Assembly (NCBI GenBank): GCA_965644265.1
Contig: OZ286459.1
Coordinates: 27,342,001-27,406,000, forward strand
Length of the DNA stretch: 64,000 nt
Source of the DNA: Glycera tridactyla
Lineage: Eukaryota
Reading direction: 5' to 3'
Positions 25,501 to 40,500 of this stretch are shown in pieces. A program made the position numbers and the translations under genes. The notes beneath the pieces are model-generated. The model did no database searches, was not told the DNA's origin, and saw nothing but the letters and a program-made list of their open reading frames with translations. The number at the start of each line of letters is the position of its first letter. The first letter of the stretch is position 1.

Positions 25501-28500
25501 TCAGTTCACAATTCAGCTTGCGGTGTGCAAATATTCAGGCAGATGTCGAAATAACGACGCCATCGAATTTGCAGATTAAGCGATTGTTAGTACACCAATT
25601 ACACAAAAAAGAGACTGCATGTCATTCTCTCTGGAATTCAATACGTTCATTCTGGCACCCAAGACGGATGCGATAATGATGTATCGAACCTTCAGGGATC
25701 GTGACACTTAAGGTACGGTATATGCTACTCATGCAACAGAGATATAATGACAAAAAAAGATTGATTGATTAATATTTAGTCAACGTCCTTTCAACATCTG
25801 ATGAGCCATATTGGACCGACTGACACAAACAGTTTCCATCAAATTGTGACTGAACAAAGAGCCAGAAACAGAAACCAAAATGACCAGAATGTCAGGTTCA
25901 TTTGCATCTGCTATTAATATGTATGTTTCCGATGATGATATCTGTTACCGAAACAATAACTTAGGACCTGGTTTGAAGTAAATTGCTTAATATAATGGTC
26001 AAGAAAAAAGACTTGATCGCATATGTATTGGTAAATTGGACACAGGTTTTGAAATAAATTGGGAGCAAATGCCATGATGTCAAATTTCTTTCAGGAAATT
26101 TGAATTTTGCTTTAACACTGAAGCATTAATTTCCTCATACAGTACTGTGATTTCAAAATGACTCTCCAATGCCAAGAAGAGGGATCTCCCGAAGTCAAAC
26201 ATCGAGATATTCGGTGCCAACTACCATCTACTCCTTATCCGACTATGATAGTGGAATTAGCCGATTCTCAAATGATATGGATTCCATGTCCACATCATTA
26301 AGTTGTATTGGCTGATCTGGAGATGCTTTTCAAGTTTTACCTCGATTTATCATCTCTTCTATCCGCTAGAGTTCGATACAAGCATGCTGGTACATACAAA
26401 GAATGAGTGTTTTAGAAAAGCGGCCTTCTGACTAAACTTAGGTTATTAATACGACTCTCTCACAGGTGGCAGTTTTCACAGCACAGGACAAGACACACAT
26501 ATATAGATGTAGTCGTACTACGGCAGCTAAAAAGGGCGGTGCATTGGCCTCGGCGTCCTTCGCCTACCAGATATGGTCTGGTTAGTATCTACAGCTTAAA
26601 TCTACGTGAGCAGCCTCGTGTGTGAGTGCGTGGAATAATATAGTGCTACAACACTGAGCGATGGGCGAGTGAGGGGCAGAGACACGTACAACATCAAAAT
26701 AACAGAAAAGAGCTGTCGGGAAGGTGCGCAGACACGGAGGCATTCTACAGAAAATGTGGTGCACAGTGGGTGACAAAGGTGGCAGACTTAAACAAAGTGC
26801 ACTTAGAAATTGCCAATTTTTGTGATCTGATGTATAAATTTACAAAGTCAAGCCATTCTAAATATTATGCATTGGAAGATCCGAGGTGGGGTTTTGATAT
26901 TTTGTTTATGAGGAAGTGGCTATGTCTGAGAACCAGTGAAGCTTGGAAGATGAGGCATTGGAAGCGGGTATGGGGCAATGGAACCTCCAAAGTGACGGGG
27001 AAGTGGTGCATCAGAAAAGATGGGCAGACAATATCACGGGCATCCAGAAACATCCAAGTACGAATTTTGAGAGATAATAATGGTTAGAAGGAACAACATA
27101 TGGATATTCAATTGCAAACAGTTCCATTCAACTTCTGAGAACAAAAAAGTCGGAAGTCGATATTTTCTCAATCATTTCAATTTGTGAGGTCTTACCATGG
27201 AACCATTGACCCATTTAGCATCCCATTCACTCTGGTAGTTTCCCCTATGTCACACAGATGGACAAGCAAACTGCCTGATATAGGGAATACCTCCAGAACA
27301 GACGAAATTTATGCAGAATTTCAAAATGTAGGATCTGCATCTTTTAAATTCGTTGTGGTTTATGCCTGCAGTCTAACATTGCATGGGTATCTTGTACCAC
27401 ACATTAAGCAGGATATATTCAGATGAAACATGACTTTTCAACAACATGACTCCGAGTTCCATTGATATTTTCCAAAACGGACAGATCTATTTGGATTTTG
27501 TTTGGATGAGATCTAGAAAAGAGAAGTTGGGACTGGGGAGAAAGGATTGGTGACTGGTCAGGTGAATGACTGGAGAGTGGAGGAGACTAGGATGGGTGGG
27601 TGGCAGCCCGGGTGAGGTGTGTCAACTTGTCTCCGGAGAACGTAGCTGCAATACAAAACACACTGGGCAACCAGTCGCACATCACTGGAAGAAAAATAAC
27701 TGCAATCATACATGTCAACACAGAGACAACTTCAAGAATCAAACATCATCCTGTCATGTATACATCTATTCAAATGTACACGTATAATATTATTGGAAAA
27801 ATGCTGAGAGAAAACAAGTAAGATAAATTATACCTTAATATTACTGTATTTTATCATAAATGGAGCTTCACTGATATTTCTAGCCAATTACTGTCAAATA
27901 AAGTCTTCATGATGGAATTTTGAAGATATTAAATGCTAAAATCTTTAATGTAGTAAAATAAACAAGACAATATTGTATGTATTTGAGAATGTATACTCTC
28001 GAATATTATTCATAATTCATAAATCATTTACAATCACACAAAAACAAGAGTCTAGAAGGGCTGGAAATAAGAACAATACAAATAATCTACTGGGGGTCAT
28101 TTCACTAACACAACTGTAACAATCAGGACAGCTATGCACATCTAGGGACATGATAGCCTTCCTGTTCTACTGTGAAATTGCCCTCAGTAGTCCAGAATGT
28201 CCTTTGCAATTCGCATTGCATCCATTTCACAGCTCCACAAAATCAAGTACATCAAAACATGTTATTTGGCACCCACCAATAGGATGTTTCCATACGGAAA
28301 CCATATTTAGATTAATTCTTGAATCGGCACCATCTATATCAGAATTTCTGGATTTGTGACTGACATGACACCAGTGATCTGTTACTACTGATTTATGGCT
28401 GAAAAATTTTGATTCATTGCAATTAACAAGAACTGAACTATGACTGCTTCTAAAACCCTGATGAGCTTCCAACACCCAAACTACCACAGCAGGTATAGGC

Positions 28501-31500
28501 TAATGCTAAATTATAATCCTTTGTTGAATCTCCACGATAGATATTTCATCAACAATGTACCGATTCCCTATCCTATGCTGAGAAACCCTCTCCTTGTGTT
28601 TTTGTACCATATGAAATTTCCTGCTGGTTTTTGGCGAACCAATTCTTATACAGTTCTATTACAGTATCAGCCAGTACTGGCTGAGCAAAACAAATATTTT
28701 CTAGAATATTAACTTGAGTACAGATATCTTCCTACAGATGAAGTGGTTGAACATGGAAGTAAGAGAAATTCCTACGTGAAAAACATGAAAGTATCATGTG
28801 TTGCGTACAACATTGGGATGATATTTAGTTGGTGGATCGATGCCACGTCAGTGGTGTCAGCATACTGCGTGGATACAAGCCTTCTGCCAAAATGGTATGC
28901 AATCCTCTCAATATTGCTGTAACTCAGTACTCCCGTGCCCGCCTGTCCCTTGTACCTATGTCTCTGTGACTATCCTGTTGCTGGCTTTCTATCAATGTCT
29001 AAGACGTATGTATCACCAGCGGTGAATCACCATGAGCAATCAGCTATGGCCAAANNNNNNNNNNNNNNNNNNNNNNNNNNNNNNNNNNNNNNNNNNNNNN
29101 NNNNNNNNNNNNNNNNNNNNNNNNNNNNNNNNNNNNNNNNNNNNNNNNNNNNNNNNNNNNNNNNNNNNNNNNNNNNNNNNNNNNNNNNNNNNNNNNNNNN
29201 NNNNNNNNNNNNNNNNNNNNNNNNNNNNNNNNNNNNNNNNATGAATGCATGTGCATGTGTATACGCATGAACCTGCATGCAAATGCACACACATGCTTAT
29301 GTATTTGCATCAGGAGTGCACATGCATATGCCTGCATGCTTGGATGTATTGTGTACGCATTACCGCATATCCACTAAGTAAAAGCTCATATCCACATGTA
29401 CACCGAATGCGATATGAATACATTTGCCACCTCAGCTTCCGCCATACTGGAAATACTGGAAAGTCTCATCTCAAAAGTGGCTGGTGTGTTTCAATCAAAT
29501 TTGGGATTGGCACCTATGCATATGGGTACTTATCTACACCTTCTGCATTTTTCACCGAAGAGATTGAAAGTGAGACAAAATCGTGGTGTGAATTTCATCA
29601 GAGAAACACAAGACACAATAGGTATGCATCTTTCGAAGGAAAGCACTTTCTTTTCAACCGTCAAGCTAAAAATGTTAATGGGTGGAAAAAACCTCAGGTA
29701 AAGTGACATCAGGTGATCAATGTGAGAATCAACTGTCGTGCAATCAGTCATGTGTTTAAAGTTTTGTCCCATGCCCCACAGTACAGTCGAATCCGCATGT
29801 GAGACCACCTTTCTATAAAAGCCAACTGTGTATAAAGGCGATCCTGAGCTGCAACTGTGATAATATTTTCAACAGGATTGACTGTATCCTATGATGAAGA
29901 GCAGCAAAGCCTGCTGACATGTATTCTGAGCCGAGCTCATGATCTACAAGAACGATCGTAATTATTCGGAAACTAGGATGAGGAATGCAATATGGATAAC
30001 TCTGTACTTCATAGTTGATTTCATACTGGGACATAAGCCATGGGCATGCATGCATAGGTGATGATAGATTCTCCCTTTCACCAAACTTGAAAACTCTTAT
30101 ACGTGAGCAATAGCAGATGTGGATTGCGTCGCACTCATCGCCATGTGGAAGAACATGTTCAGCACAGATGGAAGCATTGAAAGCGTAAAAGCCATGCATT
30201 GAGTAGAGATCTCCTCAGCATCCTCTGGATGTGTAGCTGGAGCAGGATGGATTCCGGCAAAACGGGGCAATTAAGTCACATGAACCCTCACAAAAATAAT
30301 CTTGACATTTCCAGACAATCTGAAAATGCACATCATCAAGAAAACAGAAGGGGAGAACTGCAACCAATCAGATGCCATGTTTCATCTAGAGAACATGATT
30401 GGCCACAAATATAGCCAATCATGAATCACATCTTATATGGGAGACAGTTGTGTCCAATAGTATTCTGATCCAGATTTATTTTATCAGAAAGAGACCAATT
30501 GACCCGCAACAACCAAGCTATGAATAGGGATGAAGAACCATAAACTAGATAGTGTACTAAACAACAGAATTTCATGAATGTCGGTTCAAGTATGATTCTT
30601 GACCTGTCATTTACATCCAGCTCAAAGTTAATTGGTGTGGCATGGGACAAAACTTTGGAATTCCACTCCTCAAAGCACAGACCAGTGGCTTGAACCGAAA
30701 GTTAGAACCCAAAAAACAACACACCTATGTTGCAAAAATAGAATGACTATCAAACATGATGGCAACATTGTGAACGTCACCTCAAAACAAATGAGAGAAC
30801 AGTTTGTTGCGAGCCCTTTCAAAGTCAATGCCAGAGATGGCAAGGAAAAACATGTTTTCCATGCAAGACGCCAAAGCAGTGGACCTCAGGTAGACATCTT
30901 CAAGTCCTCACCCTCTGCCTTCATCTCCCGGCTTTCAAAAATGACGTGGAGACATGATAGGAGAAACCAAGAAGTATTGAGAATACTGCATGTTTCATAC
31001 CAATTACAGAATATCGGATGGACACTATTGCAGTTACGGAATCCCTTCTTACGAGGATGCAAGCCTGTGCCAATTTGTCATTGGGGTAGTCACACCTTTT
31101 CATGGGCATTATGTCCTCGTATATATGCGGGATGGGACGGGCCGCCGGGTCCAGATAACGGATTAGTGTGAGTGGAATAAGATGATCTATGAAACTGTGG
31201 TGAGATGAACAAGTGCATGGGCCAGTAAACATAACGGTGCAGGAGTGGACGAATGCCGCCGATATCACAGTTTGTCAGTAGAGGCATTGTACAATCGGGG
31301 ATCAATGACGTCATCGTCATCTTCGTGGACGTCATCGTCATGATGCATGCCAATCCACTTCTATCCAACAAAAGTGACTGCAGCATGGTCATACGTCATC
31401 AAGTCCTCCCAGTACAGGTCACAACACAATAAAAGTCCATCAGATTTAGGCGATAGACAACGGCATAATTTTTGACAAATACCAGCCGATTCAAGCAGTG

Positions 31501-34500
31501 CGGTTCCCTTACTCCATTCACCACAAACCACCAGCAGATATGAATAGGCTCGGTGACGTGTCAAATGTTTCGCCTGTGGTTAGGGCTCGGATCCCCTGAG
31601 GAACCCACGGCTTGGTGATCATACTATGATACTTTTTATAGTGATGTGACCTATAATGGCGGGACCAGATCGGTCCAAGTCTCTGTTAGCGGGGATGAAC
31701 TGCAGTGAGTGGGCCCAGGCAAGGGCGGGACAATCACGCTTATAAATATATATATAGGGAGGTGTAGGGGAAATTCATCTGTGTGTGTGTGAGATCAACA
31801 CCCGAACCACCATTATCTAATATTGATTCCAATCAATGAACAGACCAATCTAAATTCAATCCAACTCGGATTTTGTTAACTCTTTTATCATCAGATATGA
31901 TGAGTCTCTGGTGTATACACAAGTCTCGATAGGTGCAGTATAAATGAACAGGATGAACGTTTCTTATAACTAGAACCTAAGTAAAATTTGCATTCATACC
32001 AGTTTCAGTCCAATACCAGTCTGCATCTGTCAGAAACTTTAGACCATTTTGGATGTTTGTCGGTACAGTGCTACTATGGATACGGAACTTCAAAAAGCAG
32101 ACTCATACCAGAGACATCATATCGGATGATAAATACAGCACACAACTTTTGCCAAGTCTCATATAGTTATCATTAATTTTAATTTGCGAAAAATGAGTCC
32201 ATTTGATGGCTTGAGATACGAATCATATTGATCCCTTCAATTTCCAGGAGACACATTTCTGCTTGGTACTTTGAGGCTTCACATAATGTGTCCTGACCAA
32301 CAATGGCTCAAACGTTTTCTTATCTGTGCATTAGTATCATATATAATGCTATAAATGTAATTGAACCTTGCATGCTCTTGTATATAAATACAACAAGATG
32401 GCATATCTATCGGGAGTAAGAGCAGATCAGCTAATCAATCGACTTTACTTCATTGAGAAGGCAAGTCAGTCGGCCTCATGTGGCCTATTCATCACATTCG
32501 AAAATCACCGCAGTATAAACAAGCTCTTAATTTAGGAGGTGGAAAAAGCCAGGATGATGGCAAGTATCCATCAACACCGATGACTCAGCGTTGATCCGTA
32601 GCCAAGTTCGCATGTTCGGCGTGAGGGGCAGAAAGCAAGCACGGCCGTCAGCCACTGGCAACCACAATGACATGCCCAATCAGGAGATGGGGCACATACC
32701 CCCACCTGCCAAATGCATCGTTAATTATGCAAAACTTGCTGCTAATCAAAAATAAAAGGTAAAGTGAACTTGAAATCAATAGGAGTTGGTGGTGGCAATG
32801 GAAGTTTGAGTGTAGAAGTCAAGGTGGGCGTTGCACACCGTCGCCCACCAGGTGGCGTTACGGCAGCATAGCACGGGGCCCCATTCGATAGCTTGATTTG
32901 AGCAGCCTAGTGTGTGTATGTGTGTGCTCTCGGTGCTCTCTCTACATACCTTTGTACATCTCAATAGTGCCGAGTCATTGCCAGCGCAGGACTTGCCCTC
33001 TGTTATCATTTAACCAAACAACGCCATGTCATTAGGGCCTGTTATTCTTCCACCGAGCATTTCCCATCCAGACACAAAAAGACACACGAGGACACNNNNN
33101 NNNNNNNNNNNNNNNNNNNNNNNNNNNNNNNNNNNNNNNNNNNNNNNNNNNNNNNNNNNNNNNNNNNNNNNNNNNNNNNNNNNNNNNNNNNNNNNNNNNN
33201 NNNNNNNNNNNNNNNNNNNNNNNNNNNNNNNNNNNNNNNNNNNNNNNNNNNNNNNNNNNTAACAGCAACAGAAGACTACAACATATGTTTTAACATAAAC
33301 AATGTCCAATCTCACTGTCACATACTCAACGTGATGCATACACTATTATGATGCTGTCTTCAAGGGCTACAGCAAATTCAACTACAGACAGTATAAGTGG
33401 TTCCTCAAGCTAGTTCTGCCGCTGTGGCATGATTTCTTATTCAAATGTTGCCCAATTTTATAAGTACCCTACATTTCTTTCAGCAAAACAAGGAATAGAA
33501 ATCTGATTCCCTTACAACTTGATCATAGTGCCATAAGATAATGTGATAGGATCATCTTATCCTAATCTGGATTATTTGACTTTTCATATTAACATGCAAT
33601 CTGCAGCCTGATTGAATTTTCACAATTTCCCCACATGAAAAATATCACTAATATTTTTTCGTTGAGTTGAGCTACTTCTTTTTGATATCTCATGAGACTG
33701 AATTTAATCCACTACTACACTAGTCAAAAGGCACATGTGTGCCTGCCATCATACTAAGAATTTAGAACAAATTCACAATAAAAATTTCAAATTTATCACA
33801 GAGCAATCCATAAAACCTAGGAAAGTGCATGCACATTAGATTGACAGCATGCAGAAACAGATGAATGCTGTTCTCTCAAAAGTGGAGGGCACAGATAAGA
33901 GAAAAAACCTCGAGAAATAGAGATCTTGTCATGCTAAGTGAGGAGAAGTTTGGTTAACGATCAAGTTGACTCGGATGAATGTGCATGTGCAGTAAGTCTT
34001 CATCACTTTGACTCATATCCCCGCTTGAACTCTTGAGGCAATTACCCCGAGCTAACTACTGACTACTTCTCTTCCACCCCAGCTCATGACATTACCGCCA
34101 CAAGTATGTTTCTGAATTCCAATCTGTACTGGTGTCTCAGTAATACAGAAGTAAAACAAATACAGGAAGTGATATCCTTCGCTATCCAGGAAACACTGTT
34201 TTGACAATGTTCGTGACAAAATAGAACCGAATATTCATGTCTTCCAATTTCAAATCATATGGCTGATAAATAAAGTTATACCTGCGCAAATGATTCCCAT
34301 ACTACACCATATCTCAATTTTATGAACCTATTGTGTCTAAACTTGCAACCCATCCACATTGTGAAGAAATGCAGGGATTGATGTATTGAAGGTTTAATAT
34401 GAAAATGATACGAATCTGAATGCTCTGATGATAGCAAGGGCATATTAGAACATCACTGATCTCCCCAGCAAAAGTAATATCCCTTGAATAGGTTTCTATT

Positions 34501-37500
34501 AGATACCCTTATCTAAGTATGGTGCCAGTCAAAACACACTAGTGATTGATGATTAGTCTGGCCGCCACTAGATGGCCGGCCAAGAAACGGTGTGGTGGTG
34601 CCGATTGTAGATCAAAGACGGTGACCGCCATAGTCAACAGCCTTTGGTGGGTGCCGATACTGTGGGAGCGCACTCTCGTGGGCAAAATGAACAAATTAGA
34701 TCACATAGAAACACATCCATCTTGCATCGAATCAAAGGCTTCACTATGGTCTCAAAATGTTATTCATGCACGGAACCGTCTCCTTGAGTGCGTCCAAAAC
34801 TCGTTTTCACACTTCACTGGTCCAGAAACACAACTACGACAATACATCCATATTCCGCCAAAAGAGGTACCTCTGTGTGGAGTGTGAATACTAGTTACAT
34901 TTTGTAGATATTACTTTTGGAAGGAGACGGGAGTTTGTGCTTTCTGGTGATATTCAAAGGGGTAAGACGGGATAAAGGTTCAAATACGGTGATAGACCTA
35001 GAGAGAGCTCTCAAACCAGCAGTCGTGCAAGCTCGGTATATCCAATGTTGAGAATTTCAAAAGGGATATTCAAGCTTGCCCTAATGCTCGTCATGAACAA
35101 CGTTGTGAGTTTCAAGATGGCAGTGTTCATATCCGTAATGCGAATACAGTCTATCAACAGAGAGAATGAAAAGTAATGCGTACCGGAACCTGCGCCAGTG
35201 CTGGATGTTGGATGAGTGTCGGGTGATGTAGAGCTGGGTTCAATTCTGACGCGTATGCGGCTAGGGGATGGGCAGCCCACGACTCGGTCATACCTGGGAA
35301 AAAGGCAGCACCTAACTCTTCTGAAAGGTTGGGAAAGAGAAGCAAACACACACCCATCAACACAACTAGTAGGGTAAGTCACATCAAACAAAACAACAAA
35401 CAAATCCATACCCATAGTCATCCGACGACATCCAAAGAATACCATCAATGATCACGATTCATCGATCATGATCACCAGAATATATCACCACAGGCGGTGA
35501 AAATAAAATCTACAAATCTTCTCACGCCTGAATTCTATTCAATCATGACAGAATTTTGAATTGCATTCTCAAGGCCTTTTTTTCAAATGATATTCTTCCC
35601 ATACATATGTCATCATAACATGTTGGAAGTGGAATGTTGTGAAGAACAGGATAATAATGTTAACAAATTTAACAAAGCACTCCACCATGATGATTGTCTG
35701 CAAGCCGGGGCTTTTGCAGAATGGTGCTCATTCAATTGTAGCTCAAATTTCGTTTCAACTCGTACCAATAGATAACAGGCAAATATGAAGATGTGGAACC
35801 TCGTGGATGTCAACACTGAAGGAAGAACCATGGATATGGATAGGTAAGTAGTATGAAGTATTTATCAGCCCTTATGTACTTTGTAGGATTGACTTTCTGG
35901 TGCCAATTGCATCGGCACTGTCCAAAAACTTCCACTTTCCTATGCCAACCATAGTGATGTTGCAATATTCTGCATAAAACCTTTACAAAGCCAATGCAAA
36001 ATTATGCAACAGGCAAGCAGCAGAGGAATGATTGCTGCATGGAAAAAGTGGCCCAAAGTTCATGAGAAATTTTTAAAGCATATAGAAGTAAATAATTTCC
36101 AAATTCAAAATTCATGTGGGTGCAATTAGAAGGCATATTCCAATCTTGACAGATGTGAAGGAATAGTCTCAAGCATTGCAGACTCACCGCCAATAGGCAA
36201 AACTCACAAATCGCAAAGGGAAAAGTACATTTAGGCCGAATGTAAGGACTCAAAAGATGGCATCACACTAATAGAACTGGTGCTTGAGAGCACAACACTG
36301 CTAGAGAATACACCAGTATATATATGTGCTCATATACTTGGACAGAGACGTGTGTAGTATACCCCATAATCAGCAAAATACATGTGCGGATTAATGCAAA
36401 TATATCATAGCAGCGATGAGTGTGGCAGTGAGATATATTGTTAATATCCCATACATTGGGAAGGTGTGCACACTAAACATTCAGAGACATCATTGATACA
36501 TAAACAAGTGATACATTCCATGTAGAATATCATTTGAATTCCATGAGCTGAGAGAATTGGCTTCACTGATTCTTCACATTTTGCAGTGATATCGCTGAAA
36601 CCATACTTTATAATTAAATATTTCAAATCATATCTCCCTTAATTCACTTCATATTACCCAAACAAACACAAGCCATGAGTGTCAATTCTGAGGGAACAAT
36701 TGTCAAATGTCATCCAAATTTATTCAAAATATTCCAAAGTGTGCAATGGCTGGCTATTGTGCAAAATCATATCCAAGACCCCAGGAAATGCCATGTTCCC
36801 ATCACAAGAAAGAAATAATCGTTGCACAAAAAATTGACACAGACATTGTATCTTATGCACGGCTGTTTTTTCATTTCAGTCAGTTCCCTACAAAGGCAAA
36901 GGGTTGTATTTTTTTGTAGAAATATAGGACTATTGAACGATGTTTAATATCTCTACTACTTCTCACCATCTCCGTCAAACCATGCACCTGTCAGCAAGCA
37001 AAGCTCTACAGACAATATCCCATCACCAAATCGGTACCACAGTGTCAATAAAATGGTACTAGGACCACATGATCCATGTCTCAAAAAAGTGACCGAATCA
37101 GCCCTAGAGTACTTTTGGGTCAATTACATCATGGAAATTATGATCTGCGAATATCCATTTTCCTTCAGAGGGGATAATTTGTTAAAGAAACTTTGACCCC
37201 ATCGATTTCATGCAATATTCTTCAAATGAAACCATCAAACTGTATGCGGAGTGCAACCAGATCAAAGTCAATTGAATGATCGGTGTGAAGAGAACAACAA
37301 AATCAATGTACACCATTGACAATTTCAGTGCAAAGGCCACATCATTTTGGTAATTTTGAAGACAGGATGGACGTGTATGACACCAAGATTATGGCATGAA
37401 GCCAATCCGTATAGAACAGAGATTCATGAAACAAGCACGCCAATGACAAGTAAATCACCCGCAATCAGCAAGCATTTTTTTATAATTCATTCCAAATCAA

Positions 37501-40500
37501 TTCCATATAATTCCTCACCAGCAACCGGCAAGAAACTGTCGTGGGCGACCAAATTTTGAGTGAATTAATCTGCTTGCTTATCACAAGTTGCACTGTACAT
37601 TAACTAAAATATATGTTTTAGCAAGTATGCATATGCTGGTTTGAAAGCTCCTGCTGCATCGAGGGTTGTTTTCATGATAATTCAAATTATCCTCAAACTG
37701 TAGATGAAAGATCGCCACCAGCTACACCACAAAAGTCAATATCACCACTACTGCCCGCAATCTACTCATGAGTATAGATACACCATTTCTGAGGAGAAAG
37801 CTGAGTACCGAAAGGCGTCAAAGGATGCCCGTGGTGTCGACGATCCATCGGGCATCCTTCACACATGTGGGATGCGAAAAGCGTCATCCCACATGTGGAG
37901 TTTTAGTGAAGATATCTCGTTATGGTCAACAGATGCCTAGGACTCACATAATATTGAAAAATTCATATTCCGGACATACTGATCCGCCTATTGATTGATT
38001 GATTGAGTGGATACGATTGCCAAATATCAGACTGATAATGTGATTGAATTCCATTTCGATTGCCAAATATCAGACTGTTGAGTAATTCCGTACTAATGAT
38101 ATATCAATTTGTGAGCTAGGCAGAGCTGTGTCCCACAGAAAGAATCGGAGACGTGATTTCAAGATGAAATGACAGTGAGAAAGTGATGAAGCATGATGAA
38201 AGACTCGTGAAGCATGGCCCCGTCTCTTGAAATGTGATCATCAATTTGAAATATCGAAATAACGAGACATTGGGTCGACGACTGAGTGCAACATATGCAT
38301 GAATCTCCTCTCATGCATCACATAGCGTCCAAATTGACACAGATACGTCAATTTCTCTGACATTAATGAGCACCTCTTTCTGTAGCACCTCATGAAAAAA
38401 TTCAGTCGTTCACTGACTTGTAAAAATAGCGATCTATTCAAATAATGTATCCCAAAGATCAATTATCCAAAAGGTGCATAAATATATCATGAGCATGAGA
38501 CATTTCTCTCAAATTTCACATGTGAATACATTCTAAATTGAAGAGAAGTACATTTTTTTTTCCGAAAAAAAATTATCGGAGTCAACCAATGCTGTTTTTT
38601 CCATATGAAATCATTAGTTTGAAAAATACTTGATTCTTCCAAGGGTCATGTTGGAATTCGACTGGAATCCAAAAGAAAAGTCTATGCACCCGATCACCAA
38701 ACTGCCATGCATTCACAAGTCTGAAACCATCCCCATCCAACCCCCAATTCCACTAGAGAGTTTAGTGAGTGTGTGAGCAAGAAATGATGGCTTGCCTTGG
38801 TTGTGAGGGGGTAGAAGGATAGGCCCTACATATTGTATACAGACAAACACCATAGATCAGTCAGTATACAGGCATGCCATGGATAATAAACCACCTCAAA
38901 TTCGAGACTGTCATTTGGTGAAAGATATCACCAAGACTTGCTGATATTCATCGCAATACAATGAAAACACAAACAGTCATCATGACCAACAACAAAACTC
39001 CCGTTCAACGTTCATATCAGGGCTTATGATTGTTTCAAATAAATTCCTCCTGTAGCTACCAAAGAAGGAAGGTTGAGAGATATTTATTCTGATATCGAAG
39101 AATATTTCTCAATAATATTTTGTGTTGATTTGCTTTGACAAATGTATGTTCCACTTATGAAGGCTTTTCATTCCATGGATTTTGANNNNNNNNNNNNNNN
39201 NNNNNNNNNNNNNNNNNNNNNNNNNNNNNNNNNNNNNNNNNNNNNNNNNNNNNNNNNNNNNNNNNNNNNNNNNNNNNNNNNNNNNNNNNNNNNNNNNNNN
39301 NNNNNNNNNNNNNTAAAAATGGACATTGATGGCTAGGCTTGGTATATGTCTGGAACGAGGATTTGGCTTTTATTGTACTTTGACAGAGATCAGCAAACCC
39401 AGGCAACTCTTTATCAAATACAGTCTCGTTTGACTGACGTGGCCTCAGTCAAGTTTTCAACCTGAATAGCATGGCACGTGCCCATGCTGCATCGGATTCC
39501 CATTCAGAAATCCATCAAAAAGGCAGTGACATGCAGAACCACAGGTCCAATCTTAAACATTCAGACCTTTCTATATTCATTCTATTAATTTTTCATGATA
39601 CTCTCATGGCCTCTCCTCATACGAGATGGTATCATGTTATCCCAAAAGTCACTATTTCCAGAACAATGGAAATTTGTAAGGGGTAGGAGAATTACACAAA
39701 CGCAAATTAAATTATGCAAATCTGTCTTCAGAACAGACTGGAGATTTCGTATTAGGTCGTGGCTGAGGCAGCACTAGTGATTTTGGTACCTCACTTCTTT
39801 GAATTCGAAGACAGACCAAACATAGAAAATGCTTTATTGTTTTGGATATACACATAGAAATAGAAACATGTCTGCCAAAAATGATTCTTCATCAAAGAAG
39901 CATACACAAAATAGTGGTCTTAGTGTCAAGTAGAATCTACATGATGAACAACTATATCAACAAAAGTAAGTTCTACAACACAAATAGGCAATAGGTTGAA
40001 TCTCAAGGGAAAAAATATCCTAATTCTAATCAATTTTAACAACATCAAAACATGGCAACAGTTCCTGTAAAAAAACAATCGCAACAATAACAAAACAAAA
40101 AGAATGCTTTCAAATTAAGAATTAGGATTATTTAAATTCTCATTGATCAACAATTTGAATGAATTCTGAGAAGAATTCTGAAACGTTTGAACTAACAGGT
40201 ACTTATGAACTCACATGACTGTCAATGGGTTGATCTCATGAGATCGAAGCATCCCCAGACATCTTGGGAACATCTAATTTTCACATCAAAGAGATCTGAA
40301 TGAGACTCGGTGAAACAGCGAAAAAAAATACCAATAGCATTGCATTCGCCTGGTCACAAATTTAGCATATGGGACCTCCATACAAATGCAAGTACTGGAC
40401 AGAATCCCAATATTCCATACACAGTATTAGTAGTATCGCAGGATCTATTTCCCGACAGTGATGAAAAGTTCGCTTTTCATTCCGCCCAGCATTGGGCATC

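Noticed and set aside
28935-29337. ORFs spanning N runs (also 33010-33339, 39142-39406)
   Set aside because: Artefacts of assembly gaps.
30632-31171. 179-aa plus-strand ORF (longest in the track)
   Set aside because: No recognisable domain or splice support; compatible with chance in a 9-kb-plus intron.
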